The notes beneath the pieces were generated by a model. It was not told the DNA's origin. It was given only the letters and a program-made list of their open reading frames with translations, and did no database searches. Source: Eledone cirrhosa (lineage: Eukaryota). From it: a DNA stretch of 64,000 nt. The DNA lies in contig OZ024743.1 in NCBI GenBank assembly GCA_964016885.1, positions 164,300,001-164,364,000 of the forward strand, in the 5' to 3' direction. Of the stretch, positions 33,332-45,893 are shown one piece after another. Positions within the stretch are counted from its first letter, which is position 1. The number at the start of each line of letters is the position of its first letter. A program made the translations under genes and the position numbers.

Positions 33332-33988
33332 ACACACATACACACACACTGGGCAGTCAGTGCATTTTTATTGTAAGTTTCACAGATAAATTTTCAAAAT
33401 TTGTTTCAAAATGTCTGAGGAACAGGGTCAGCTTTTCAAACACTTTGATTATATATTTTTAACTACTTTTGTTTGATGTATTTATAATTTTGTATTGTAT
33501 GACTACAATTTTAGTAAATATTATCATTTGGAATATAAATGTTGGACTGCCCAGTTACTTATGTCCCATCCTGTGTGTGTATGTGTATGTACATATATAT
33601 ATATATAAACATGTGTATATCTTTTCTATACAAATATTTTTATAGCAAAAAAACAGCATTTTACATTGTACACGCACACACATATATTATCAACACAATT
33701 TAATTGCAAAGGCAGTCCAGAGAAAATTTGCCTTACTTGATGCCGCATTTTTAATACTTTTTCAGGGGCCAGCTGTTTTATGAATGCTAATTAAACATTG
33801 AATATTTTTTTTGTTTATTTATTAACTTAATTCTTCACTTTTTAATCTCAAATAAGCATTTTACAAATTATCTTACATTGATTTATGTTTCATCAACTTG
33901 CAAGATGTTCTTTTATTTTGATATTATTATTATTATTAGTGTTATCACCATAATGATTATTGTTATTATTCACATTACAAAGCATATT

Positions 33989-35461
33989 TTAAGCAAGTGT
34001 TATACGTGGACTTCGGCAATCTTTATTAACAACATGAAAACCAACCTGTTTCCTTGACATCATCCACCACAAGGTAGCAGTGTTTTCAAGAAGTAAAGTT
34101 ACAGGAATATTGATAAAAGCTGCCAAACATACAGTAAGATAACGAGCAGTGCCAAGCTTCTGCCAACTAAATGATTTTGCAGCACCAAATATGAACAGGA
34201 AACACATAACACCACCTATGAAGCCACAGATAATGTTAAAATGAGGTAAGATAGGAATTGGGAAAAATAAAGTTAATGGCAGATTTAGGGTGGTTAAAGG
34301 CATACATATCCAAGAAACAACCATACACCCAATACCAAGTTTGTACTTCCATGGGATACAAGGACTGCATACAGTAGCAAAGATGCCCTGCATCCAACGC
34401 TTTCTTTGTCGGACAAAGTCAATCACTGTAAATGTACTCTTCTCATACATCTCACCCTGCACAAAGCCAAACCTATAGCCTTCACGGAAGGCAACCATGG
34501 CAAAATAACAATCCTCTGCAATTGATGCTTCCGGACCATGATCAAAAGACACTTGTTTTTCAGCACCAACATTTGCAACAACAAACGAGCCCTTCCAACT
34601 AAAGATAGGCTTTTGAAATGCTCGGAATGTAAATTGCAAAGAGCCAAAGTCAATACCAACCCTCACACAATCAGATAATGTTGTACACCAATTGATGATT
34701 TTATCTCTAGCATATGTGATGACCCCCTGACCAAACTCAACATTACCATCAGTAACAAAATTAAATATACCAATAACAGACTCCTCTGTCAATATAGTCT
34801 CCTCATCTAAGTGTACAATCCAATCTTCATCACTAAGAATGTTTATATTAGATTCAAGACAGTATTGTAGTGCTCGTGCTTTATACAAGGTTCCAGCTCG
34901 TGTGTTATATTCATATGGTACGACTAGAACACGCAGTCGAGGCATGTCTTGTATGTGAATGGCTTTGTCTGTAACAACTTCTATCATAAAATTATCCAGG
35001 CCAACTTTGTTACAAGTAAACAGGTTTTGTTCAACATTCTCTTTAACTAATAAGGGATAATCACCACGAGTGACAACACGGAAACATATAAATGGCCCCA
35101 AGAGTGGAGAACTCTTCAAGTGAGGTTTGGACTGAAAAGTATTGAAGAATGCAAGTCCAAAAAAGTTTGATAAAGTTAAAGGTAAAGACAGACACGGCAA
35201 AACCCTGAGAATATAGAAAAGTATAGTCAAGCCCAAACCATAAGTTTCTATTGGATTGATTTGCCAAATGGGGTCATTCTCATCCTGGAAGCCACCAGTG
35301 ATGTAAATGATTATAAGTATGAAGACACACATGGCAATGAACACTAATAAATGCTGAAAGAGACGTTTAATGGTAGTCACATTGGTATTGATGAGCATGA
35401 TGTTCATGATAAGATAGATGGAATGCAACAAGTTTGATATTGTCTGAAAAATGTAACTCAT
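33989..35461 (-). CDS. egh: Beta-1,4-mannosyltransferase egghead/BRE-3 (GT2 family glycosphingolipid synthase); intronless CDS
   Basis: 490-aa ORF with FRVVTRGDYP, KARALQYCLE, WIVHLDEET, GQGVITY, WKGSFVV, AEDCYF and QRKRW motifs plus N- and C-terminal TM segments; exon acceptor ctttttatctcttttccAG before 35529. The true start may be a downstream Met. Confidence 0.95.
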   Translation of the reverse strand: MSYIFQTISNLLHSIYLIMNIMLINTNVTTIKRLFQHLLVFIAMCVFILIIIYITGGFQDENDPIWQINPIETYGLGLTILFYILRVLPCLSLPLTLSNFFGLAFFNTFQSKPHLKSSPLLGPFICFRVVTRGDYPLLVKENVEQNLFTCNKVGLDNFMIEVVTDKAIHIQDMPRLRVLVVPYEYNTRAGTLYKARALQYCLESNINILSDEDWIVHLDEETILTEESVIGIFNFVTDGNVEFGQGVITYARDKIINWCTTLSDCVRVGIDFGSLQFTFRAFQKPIFSWKGSFVVANVGAEKQVSFDHGPEASIAEDCYFAMVAFREGYRFGFVQGEMYEKSTFTVIDFVRQRKRWMQGIFATVCSPCIPWKYKLGIGCMVVSWICMPLTTLNLPLTLFFPIPILPHFNIICGFIGGVMCFLFIFGAAKSFSWQKLGTARYLTVCLAAFINIPVTLLLENTATLWWMMSRKQVGFHVVNKDCRSPRITLA

Positions 35462-35714
35462 AGAGAATGAGAAACACAGATGAAGATCTCAGGAAATGGT
35501 GTAAGAGGCGTAGAATAGGTGAACTCCATCTGGAAAAGAGATAAAAAGAAAAAAGTAGGGAAAATGTTTTTATAAAAAGATTTAACAAAAAAAAAAGAAA
35601 GAAAACATACAAAAATGTTTACAAAGTTTGGTGACTATACCCTAAATCTGGACCATATTGGTATATGTACAAACCCATTAGCTTGCAGGTACTTGCAGTC
35701 CCCTTAAGCACAAC

Positions 35715-35763
<49 letters not shown>

Positions 35764-35777
35764 GTATAGGATTCTTC

Positions 35778-35889
35778 TGCTCTGAGGAAACAGTGGTCAC
35801 AGCATTGGATATTCGAGTTCTGCAAATACTTGTGAATTTGCACGTAGCGGAACTAGGCTGCAGCACCACCGTGGAAACACTTGTAAGCA
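35778..35889 (+). ncRNA. Type I hammerhead ribozyme candidate with long stem II
   Basis: TGCT-CTGAGGA-[85-nt hairpin]-GAAAC(ACTT)GTA-AGCA; 4-bp stem I, GUA triplet; AATAAA just downstream; flanked by (TA)n on both sides. Confidence 0.55.
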
Positions 35890-35936
35890 CACGGAATAAA
35901 CTACCTTTTTATGATGTCTACCTGTTATTATTCATT

Positions 35937-35939
<3 letters not shown>

Positions 35940-35993
<54 letters not shown>

Positions 35994-36430
35994 GACAGAC
36001 ACATATATACAAATATATATATATATATATATATACATACATACACATATATATACATACATACACACATATATACATACATACATACATATACATACAT
36101 ACACACATATATACACATATACATACATATATATACATATATACATACATATATATACATATATACATACATATATCTACATATATACATACATATATAT
36201 ACATATATATACATATATACATACATATATATACATATATACATACATATATATACATATATATACATATATACATACATATATATACATATAGATATAC
36301 ATATATACATACATATATATACATATAGATATACATACATATATATATATATACACACATATACATAGATACATATATCCACATATATACATACATACAT
36401 ACATACACATATATATACATACATACATAG
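35940..36430. repeat. (TA)n/(TACA)n microsatellite
   Basis: Direct reading of the sequence. Confidence 0.95.
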
Positions 36431-37650
36431 ACCAAGCAGTTGATGCTGGAACTCGAAAAATACTAAACAACACCGGAAACTTCAACATCAACAGTGACAT
36501 AGACCACCTTTACTTGAAACGTAGGTAGGGAGGCAGAGGCCTAACATCAGTCCAGACAGCATTTGAATGTCGCATCATATCCCTCCGACAACATCTACGA
36601 ACCTTGAAGCGTAGGAGCCCGCTTCTCGAGAAAGTCTATCTGCATGAAACAGATAAGATCATGAGAGTTGGGAAGGAACGCCTCGAGAATATTCCGTGTG
36701 TGATAATCAAAAACTCACACCCAGGGAAGTTGCTCAGCAGTATCACAGTGAATCCATGGATGAAAAACTGCATGCTTATCAGCAAAAAAAATCATGCATG
36801 GATATGTTGCCAGGAAGCTCCAGAGTGAGAGTAATATAGATAAGGAAAGTAGTCTATCTTGGACCAACAACCGCTATATTGGCTCCCACTTTGAAGGATA
36901 TGCTTTTGCAATCTAAGAACAGGAAATTAACACAAAATACCTGAGTCATAAAAGAGATAGGGATGCAGGCAAAACACCTAGATGTGATAACAAGTGCTGA
37001 CTATGCAGAACTAACATCGAGGATATCACCCATGTCATAAGCAGCTGTCCAAAGATGTCATCGTGGTACTATCTACCTATGAGGCATGATGTAGTAGCCA
37101 AAACACTAAAAAAGATAGCCCCGATAATAAACACATTAAAAGTTACAGCATTGTGGAAGACATACACATACATAATATAAAAGTCAAAACCCCAATAAAA
37201 TGCAAACATAACAGACCAGATATTATGATATGAGACAGGGAGAAGAAAGCGTGCACAGTAGTAGAAATTAGCTGCCCAGCAGATACTAATATAATATCAA
37301 AGATTAGCGAAAAGGAGAATATTTATGCAGAACTGATGAGAAATCTGCAGATACTCCACTCTTATTACACCTTCAGATTTATGCCTGTGATTATTGGGGC
37401 ACTGGGGTAACTGCCTCAATACAAATCTTGAGAAGCTAGGCTTCACAGGAACAGAAAGAACACAACTAGTTAGGAAATTACAAGTACAATCCATTAATGG
37501 AACAGTAAAAATATGTAAAACATTCCAAAAATTTTGCATCCAATAACTGCATATACAGATACAAAGCATATATGGCCATGAGTGTCTAGCCTTACACGAT
37601 CACAGATTGATATTATACTAGCAGCCCGTTGAACTATCATCAATTTCGAG
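36430..37650 (+). mobile_element. R4/Dong-like LINE 3' fragment (CCHC knuckle and REL), pseudogenised
   Basis: HLYLKRR*GGRGL, C*LCRTNIEDITHVISSCPK...RHDVVAK, KHNRPDIMI...VVEISCP; stops and frameshifts. Confidence 0.8.
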
Positions 37651-37654
37651 GATA

Positions 37655-40600
37655 CATTTTGGACGCGTAAAAACACGCCCAACAATTTCGACGTTACAAT
37701 GGGTTTGAGTGATTCGGCCCAGGTAACTGATCTTATTGGGCTGTTCCTCCTAAATGAACTGTATGTTACCTTTCCGCACCTTAAAGGCGGACTTTATCGT
37801 GACGATGCATTGTTTGTGATTAACTCCAGCACCAATAACATCGAGCATAATAGGAAGAAACTTTATAAGTTTTTTAAAAGCTTTAACCTTTCGATCACGA
37901 TAGATAGAAATGATAGAGCGGTCAACTTTTTAGATGTGACTTTGGACTTGGTCACTAATAGTTTTAAACTCTTCCATAAGCCTAATGAAATACTCTCTTA
38001 TGTTAGTCCCAATTCTAACCACCCCCAAATCTATGATAAGCTCTATAATTAATGGTGTATCTAATAGAATTTCCACACTCTAAGGACGTAGGAACATTTA
38101 ATGCACATGCAGAATACTATAATAATGCCCGAGCTAACTCCGGTTACGCTGGTAAAATACATTATAATAATGGTAACCTTAGAAAGTCTCCGCTTACATA
38201 TAATAATAATAACATAATATCCCATAATATGGCCATGAATGGGAGTAGAAAGCATAAGAATCGTAGAAATCCCATAGGTGTATCCGAACCCATCTATAAG
38301 TTAAGCCACCGGATTCGTAATAGGGAATTTAATAGTTCTAGGGATCAAGTTGGGCACTCTGAGTGCTCACTCAGTGGTAATGCTTTTGCTAAATCTAATG
38401 TTTTTACTAATTCTAATAGTGTTGTTTCTACTGATCCTATTAGTAGCCCTAATCCTATTGATATGATTCCAGATAACAGTAGATATACTAAAGGTAGAAA
38501 CAGAAGGAGACTCAATGGGGTTTCGGCTGATTCTAATAATGTGGTTTCAACTAGTCCTCGTAGTAACCCAGATCTTAATAATGGGATATTAGATAACGGT
38601 AGAGTTGGTAAGGATAGAAATAGAAGGAGACTAAATACTTATTTTAACCCGCCATATGATCAGGAAGTATTAACTAACATCCCTAGGTCTTTCTTTTCTA
38701 TCTTAGAGAAAAATTTCCCTCCTACTAATAAATACCATGGTATTTTTAATAAAAATGTAATTAAACTATCATTCTCTACCACCCCTAATATTAGTTCTCA
38801 TTTAGCTAGCACGAACAATAGGAAAATTAGGGACGGCTACTCCTCTTTGCGTACTACTAGTCTGGATAGATCCATAAATGCCTTACCACCTGAGCAGATC
38901 TTATCTCATAGTAACCCTACGAGTGATGCATCACTACTTCAGCCGATCAATAGCACCCGGAAGTGTAACTGTAGAGTGAGTGTTAACTGCCCTTTAAACA
39001 GTAACTGCCTCTCTAGGAACATTGTTTATGCTTGTGTAGTTAAAACTAATTCCTCTAATAGCACATATATAGGCTCAACATCTAACACTTTTAAGACTAG
39101 GTTTAATTCTCATCTCTCTAATTTTAAACATGTTAAGTTTAAGAATTCTACTTCTTTAGCACACCATATCTGGGATCTTAAGGGGGCTAATATACCATAT
39201 AGCCTTAATTGGCGAATAGTAGCATGCTCTAATAACCTATCAACACACACTAAATTCTGTAATCTCTGTATCCTTGAGACCCACTCTATAATTTTCTCTA
39301 GGGAACTCTTACTTAATAGAAAGTCTGAGATATTTTCTTCCTGCCCCCACGCCATTTCTAATTTTTACTTTTATTATAAACCTAAAAGTTCTGGTAGTGT
39401 AAATTGTATCCATGAGCTGCTATATTCCCTTATCTTTTTTGTTTAGGTTCATTTTGTTTACCACCATCATTATCATTATTATTATTGGTTTTTAACAGCT
39501 TTTCGATCTAGCTTTCAAAGTCTGTTGGCTACCATACCATATCTATCTTCTTAAATATTATATTTTCACTATTAACACCTTATGAGTTTATATCTGATTA
39601 TATATTTTATTTGGATTCTCCTTTAGATAATTAACCCCCCCCCCCCCACACACACACAGTTGTCATTCGCCCCTTCAATTATACTATAATTATATTCAAT
39701 TCCCTTTTATGCTCCTTTCTATTGTATTATACAGTATATTGATTATGATTTTATGCTCCTTCATATCCTCTATACCTTTCTTTTTTCTGTTCCCATTGGC
39801 CTACCATAGTTCTATTTAAGGTCCTTTTATTAGATAACGTTATTCAACTGAAAGTAGAATATTTCATTCTATTCTGGACATTTTTATTGAGATATCTTAA
39901 ATTTTAGAGATTTTGATAACTTAAACCATAGCTAATTTTGTATTGACTTATTATGTATTTTAAATACTTTCAATATTAATTAATTTAATAAGGTTTTCTA
40001 GTCATTTATCCGGGTTTGATTCCTAACTTTTTTTACTTAACTGCTTGTGACACCTAAGTAAATATATTTGTTTTTGTTTTTCGATTTCCGGTTGATTTTA
40101 TTTATATTTTTTTTACTACCGTGCGTAGTTTCTGTCTGGTTCTTATTCACTTATTCACATATGTCTGTCTACCAACCATGTAATTATGTATACTATACTA
40201 TGTTTGTTATTTGATATTGAAGTTGTTATATCATATCACTTTATGTAATCGTACTATAGATCTTAAATATTTACCGATTATTCGATGTACCCTTATGTTA
40301 AATTTTGTAAATTCTGTAATATGTTTATATTTTTATAATTTTTATAATGTTTAGATAATATTTATTTATACCAATTGTATAAAAACTCGACCTCCGTCTT
40401 TTGTTACAATGGTATAGATATTTTTCCAGCACAATTTTTTCAACACAATTCAGTTCTGTATATTTTTTTCTCACCCTGTGTGTAACTTTATATGATTTGT
40501 TAAGTTATATGCCAATATATTATAATATTGTTATTATAGTGTTATTGTAATATTTATATTGTTTGTGCAAATTGACCGGAGATTATAAATTATATAGTAT

Positions 40601-41110
40601 ATTATATATTATATATTATATTTTTATTTTTATTCATTTCTTTATCATTTTATACTGTAAATAATATATGTATTATATTTATATTTAAACTCTTAATAAG
40701 TGTTAGTTTGTGTTTGTATTGATGGATATGTGTATTGATATATATATATATGTATATTGGGCCTTTTAATATTATTATTATCAATTATATTATATTATAT
40801 TATATATTATATTATATATCTTACTGTAATTCTCGCTTTATATCACCACTTGTGTTTAGTTTTATTTTTTGCATTGTACTATATTTGTAATATGGGTTCA
40901 AAATGTTATTCACTTCCTTAGAAATTTTTACTTGATAATTTTCCTATGCTTTAATGTATGTATACTCCATATTCTTCTGAGTTTTTGGCTTGTATTGGCC
41001 GATAGTGCTTCTTATAGCTTTACTTGCCCTGATGAGTCCTTAATAGGACGAAACATTGTTGGCTAATAAAGACTGTTGATGCATTGAAGGCTTCTTTGGT
41101 TTATTTTCAT
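37655..41110 (+). mobile_element. Penelope-like element, probably Naiad clade: RT remnant (37699-38052), frameshifted thumb/linker/GIY-YIG (38052-39446), long AT-rich 3' region and pLTR
   Basis: FDVTMG...GGLYRDD...NFLDVTL; CNCRVSVNCPLNSNC linker (CxCx5C); IVY...YIG, CNLC..E, LLNRKSE; hammerhead at 41026. Confidence 0.9.
41026..41063 (+). ncRNA. Minimal type I hammerhead ribozyme in the PLE pLTR
   Basis: GCC-CTGATGA-GTCCT(TAAT)AGGAC-GAAAC(ATT)GTT-GGC; canonical core, perfect 5-bp stem II, followed by AATAAA. Confidence 0.85.
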
Positions 41111-41572
41111 AATTATTCGGCTCTGTTTAATTACATTGAGCTATATCTTTACTGTCATTTCTATAATATGAAGAGGGTGTTTAACTCCAACACACTCTAG
41201 TATTTTAATTCTTATATAAACATACATAAATATATACATACATACATACATATATATATATACATACATACATATATATACATACATACATACATACACA
41301 CATACACATACACACATACATACATATATATACACATACATATATATATACATATATACATATATATACACATACATATATACATATATACATACATACA
41401 TACAGAAATATATATATATATATATATACATAATAATAATACTATTTATAGTTATGTATATAGTATAAACAACTATAAACAGGAAGGTCAGTAATTTCTT
41501 AACTACCTTATTACCAGTAAGAGAATATATATACATATATATATATATACACATACATATATATATATACAC

Positions 41573-41608
<36 letters not shown>

Positions 41609-41629
41609 CACATACATATATATATATAT

Positions 41630-41663
<34 letters not shown>

Positions 41664-41669
41664 ATATAT

Positions 41670-42665
41670 ATCATCATCACCGTTTTACGTCCGTTCCTCC
41701 ACGCTAGCATGGGTTACACGGGTTCTCCTCTTGTGGGTAGTGTCCGGTCGGCTGACCATACCTTGCTCATACGGGAACTGATTCTGGCTTGATTTCTACA
41801 GCTGGATGCCCTTCGTAACACCAACCTCATTTACAGTGAGTGCTGGATGCTTTTTTCCATGGCGCCTACACATCCACTTTACAGTGTGGGCTGGGTGCAT
41901 TTTTGCCATGGCACCTCCACGACCACTGCAAGGTGGGTGGGTGTGGGAGCATATTGTCTATATGCTTCAGCTTTGGCTTGTATCCGTGGGGGGTCGGGTC
42001 TTCAGTATTACTGCGTGACGCCAGAGGTAAGGTCGGCTTTTATTGCCTCATCCCAGGTCTTTTGGGTCTCCCCACTCCGCGGTTTCCATCGACTTCTAGT
42101 GCTCTGCGCCTTTTTATGCAGCTGTCATCCTTCATACGCATCACATGTCCATACCAACGCAACCACCTGTCCTGCACACAGCATTTGATTCCTCTTATGC
42201 TCAGTCTCTCTCTCTCAATTCGTTTATGTTTTGCCATTCACGTATATTACTACTACACATCCATCGGAGCATGCAGGCTTTGTTTCTTTCTAACCTACGC
42301 AAGTCTTCCACAGACAGTGCCCAGGTCTCACTACCATGTAACATCGCTGTTCGGATACACATCATACAGTCTGCCTTTCATTTTGAGGGAAAAGCCTTTT
42401 GAAGCTAGTAGTGGCAGTAGCTCCCTGAACTTTTTCCATCCCATTCTTACCCTAGTTATTGTACTTTCTGAACACCCACCTCCGCTGCACCCACCTAGGT
42501 AGCAGAAGCTGTCTACTTCTACTGTTTCTACAGAGCCGTCCAGAGTTTGGTGGTACTTGTTTCCTGTGGCTGTTTCCTGATTGCTATCCCAGCACAGCTT
42601 CTAAATGTGAAGCCGACATTCTTAGTTAAGCTTCCTGAGATCCCGCTACATATCTTGTGTACCCA
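41670..42665 (-). mobile_element. Degenerate RTE LINE (family A-like) 3' portion
   Basis: Reverse complement of about 8700-9730 with indels; (CAT)n tail abuts (TA)n. Confidence 0.9.
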
Positions 42666-42667
42666 TG

Positions 42668-44040
42668 TATACATTGTCTACAAATGTAAGGTTGAAACAC
42701 CCACGTCCCGTAGGGCCTACATAGGGTTAACCGCCAATAGATTCAAGCATACCCATTCTTTTTTAGCTTATATCTGGAGTCTAAAAGACAACCACACCCA
42801 ATATAAGTTACACTGGGAGATCCTAACTAAGGCTAGATGGTATAACGGAAATAAAAGACCATGTGACCTCTGCGCCGATGAAGCTCTGGAAATACTCTAT
42901 GCCAAAGACCACATCTTAAACAAAAAATCTGAGGTAATTTTGGCTTGTAAACATAAATTGCACAAAACTTTCCTGTATTACAGCCCCACATTATACCCTA
43001 ACGGATAGTACAAACTATATGGAGATAATTTACGTCATGATGTGGTAGCTAAGTATATGTTATGTTTATACTATTACTTATTTGTATAGGTAAGTATATA
43101 TTACCTGTATGTTTTGTGAAGGTACGTATACTTTCTCGTACGTATATTTGCTTGTATATGTTATAGGCGTATATATTATATTATATATACTGGTACATGT
43201 GCATATGGTTATGTGTATACATGAGTTTTGCGTCTGTATGAGTATGCGGGTTTGCACGTATGTCGGATCTGTGTATATGTGTACTTTGTGTTTTGGTTGA
43301 TGTACGTTTAGCGAACATAGGTGTATTTACTTGTAAGTATGTGTGTGAAAAGGCTATATATGTATTTATGTGTGTATATTTATATACATTTATATAATTA
43401 TATGTATACACGCACACACATATATGTTCTTATATATATTTTTTTGTGTATTCGGTGTATACGTTCGTATGTGTGCGGGTACAGGCCTTGCGTGGGTTCT
43501 GTATGTGCATGCGTGTTTTTGTGTACGTGCTTGTATTTACATACCCATGGAGGGTGTTTTCGCGTATGCATGTGCATGTATATATTTAATTAATTTTTGT
43601 TGATTTCAATTACCTCTAATTTATTTACATTATTCTTAACTCTGAAGCCGAGAATCATTCGGTTTCCTAAACAGAATATTAGTCTACGACTTCATTTATA
43701 CCATAAATGTGGTTTTGTCTTTGCGTGTAATTGTTTTCACCGCTCCAAATAATGACGTATTATCTTGGTTTTTTTTCCTGTTTATTGCCAGAGAATGTCT
43801 CCACGAACCAAAGTATCGTCTTCCTGTATTCCTTCGTTGCAACGTTTTTCGAAATATTTACTTCTGCGTTCACAGATTGATTTTTTTAGTTTCAGAAGAT
43901 CCCATTAAGGGTGAAAGCAGCGATTCTTTGCTTAAACTTTAATCTGTTATTTTAGTAAATATTTGCTCTACGGTTCTTATATATTTGATATATATTTATC
44001 CTTATCGAGCCCTTTGGATTTTAGTCTTCAAATTTATTAT
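42668..44040 (+). mobile_element. Naiad-like PLE GIY-YIG fragment plus 3' region
   Basis: IVYKCKVET...AYIGLTANRFK...CDLCADEALEIL...LNKKSE; degenerate hammerhead core CAGAAGA-TCCC(ATTAA)GGGT-GAAA at 43893-43916. Confidence 0.8.
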
Positions 44041-44049
44041 TAATATTAT

Positions 44050-44218
44050 TAGGGTCGGATGCCATACTTTGACGCAAAGAGTTATGGCCCTTTCCATTCT
44101 GAGTTCAAATCCCGCCGAGGTTAACTTTGCCTTTCATCCTTACGGGGTCGATAAAATAAAGTACCAGTATTACACTGGGTAATTGCTGGCCTTGTGCCAA
44201 AAGTAGAAACAATTATTA
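44050..44218 (+). mobile_element. Meta-like SINE fragment
   Basis: Reverse complement of the 14327 SINE family. Confidence 0.8.
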
Positions 44219-44241
44219 TTATATATATATAAATGGAATAG

Positions 44242-45893
44242 AATGAAACAAAATTTCATTTCTCACTCTTAGTACAGCACTTACTTAAATGTAAGTATGT
44301 ATGTATGTATACGTAAATACATATATGTATACAGACGTACAGTAGTATGTATATACATACATACACACATATATATATGCATGTATCGGTTTACCGAACA
44401 TTTATTATAATGCTCGGTTTGTTTGTTTGTAAACAAACAACCCGAATTACGCCGTACAGTGTTTAGGCAACCACTTCACCTTTTTGTTCAACACTGACAC
44501 AGGAACGATGTACTAGTTTCAAGCTTATTAGCTATCGTTAGCATCGTATACCTTCCTGCCAGATGGTTGAACGTCTGAAAGTATATACTTTCCTGCTGTA
44601 TGTCTGTATACATATATGTATGTACGTATACACTGTACGGCGCAATTCGATTTATTTAAATGTCCTTAATTTTCGAGCGAAGTAAAACCGTTAAACCAGT
44701 GTTCTAAATAGCTTGCCAAGTCATGCTGACCGAAGAAGAGATTATCTCCAAAGAAGACATTTAAATAAATCTAAGGTAAAAGACTAATTGTCAACAATAT
44801 CTTTTGCATTTGCATTCTTTATTCTATGTCCATACCTGCATTATTTTGGCTTCATTATACATATACAAACGTTTATACCTCATTACACAATGCTTCAAGT
44901 GAACTATAACTTCCTCCATATATATATATATATATATATATATATTGCAAAAAAAATGAAACAAAATTTCATTTCTCACTCTTAGTACGGCTGTTACTTA
45001 AGTATAAGTATGTATACGTACATACATATATGTATACAGATGTACAGTAGTATGTATATATACATACATGCACACATATATATATATGTACATATGGATT
45101 CACCGAACATTTATTATAATGCTCCGTGTTTGTAAACAAACATCCCGAATTAAGCCATACAGTGTCTAGTAACCATCGTTGCTTATTTGTTCAACACTGA
45201 CAAAGGAACGCTGTACTAGTTTCAAGCTTATTAGCTATCGTCAGCAACGTATACCTTCCTGCCAGATGATTGAACGTCTGAAAGTATATACTTTCCTTAT
45301 GCATATTAACGGCTGAGCAGCCTAATTTGCATATCGAGTGAGTTAATCGGCCGGGCGCGCCGAAAGTGATAAACGGAAAAAATGAAACAAAATTTCATTT
45401 CTCACTCTTAGTACGGCTGTTACTTAAATATAAGTATGTATACATACATACATATATGTATACAGACGTACAGTAGTATGTATATATATATACATACATG
45501 CACACATATATATATGTACGTATGGATTCACCGAACATTTATTATAATGCTCGGTGTGTTTGTAAACAAACATCCCGAATTAAGCCGTACAGTGTCTAGC
45601 AACCACCGTTGCTCATTTGTTCAACACTGACAAAGGAACGCTGTACTAGTTTCAAGCTTATTAGCTATCGTGAGCAACCTATACCTTCTTGCCAGATGAT
45701 TGAACGTCTGAAAGTATATACTTTCCTTATGCATATTAACGGCTGAGTAGCCTAATTTACATATCGAGTGAGTTAATCGGCCAGGTGTGCTGAAAACAAA
45801 TGGAAAAAATTTCATTTCTCACTCTTAGTACGGCTGTTACTTAAATATAAGTATGTATACGTACATACATATATGTATACAGACGTACAGTAG
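44242..45893. repeat. Tandem ~420-bp repeat (units start near 44242, 44955, 45381, 45806)
   Basis: Repeated aaaatttcatttctcactcttagtac...gaaagtatatactttcc; first unit truncated and partly inverted, last unit partial. Confidence 0.9.

Noticed and set aside
44729-44780. Short ATG ORF (MLTEEEIISKEDI*) followed by a donor-like AAG/GTAAAA
   Set aside because: Too short, with no supporting downstream exon; cannot be supported from sequence alone.
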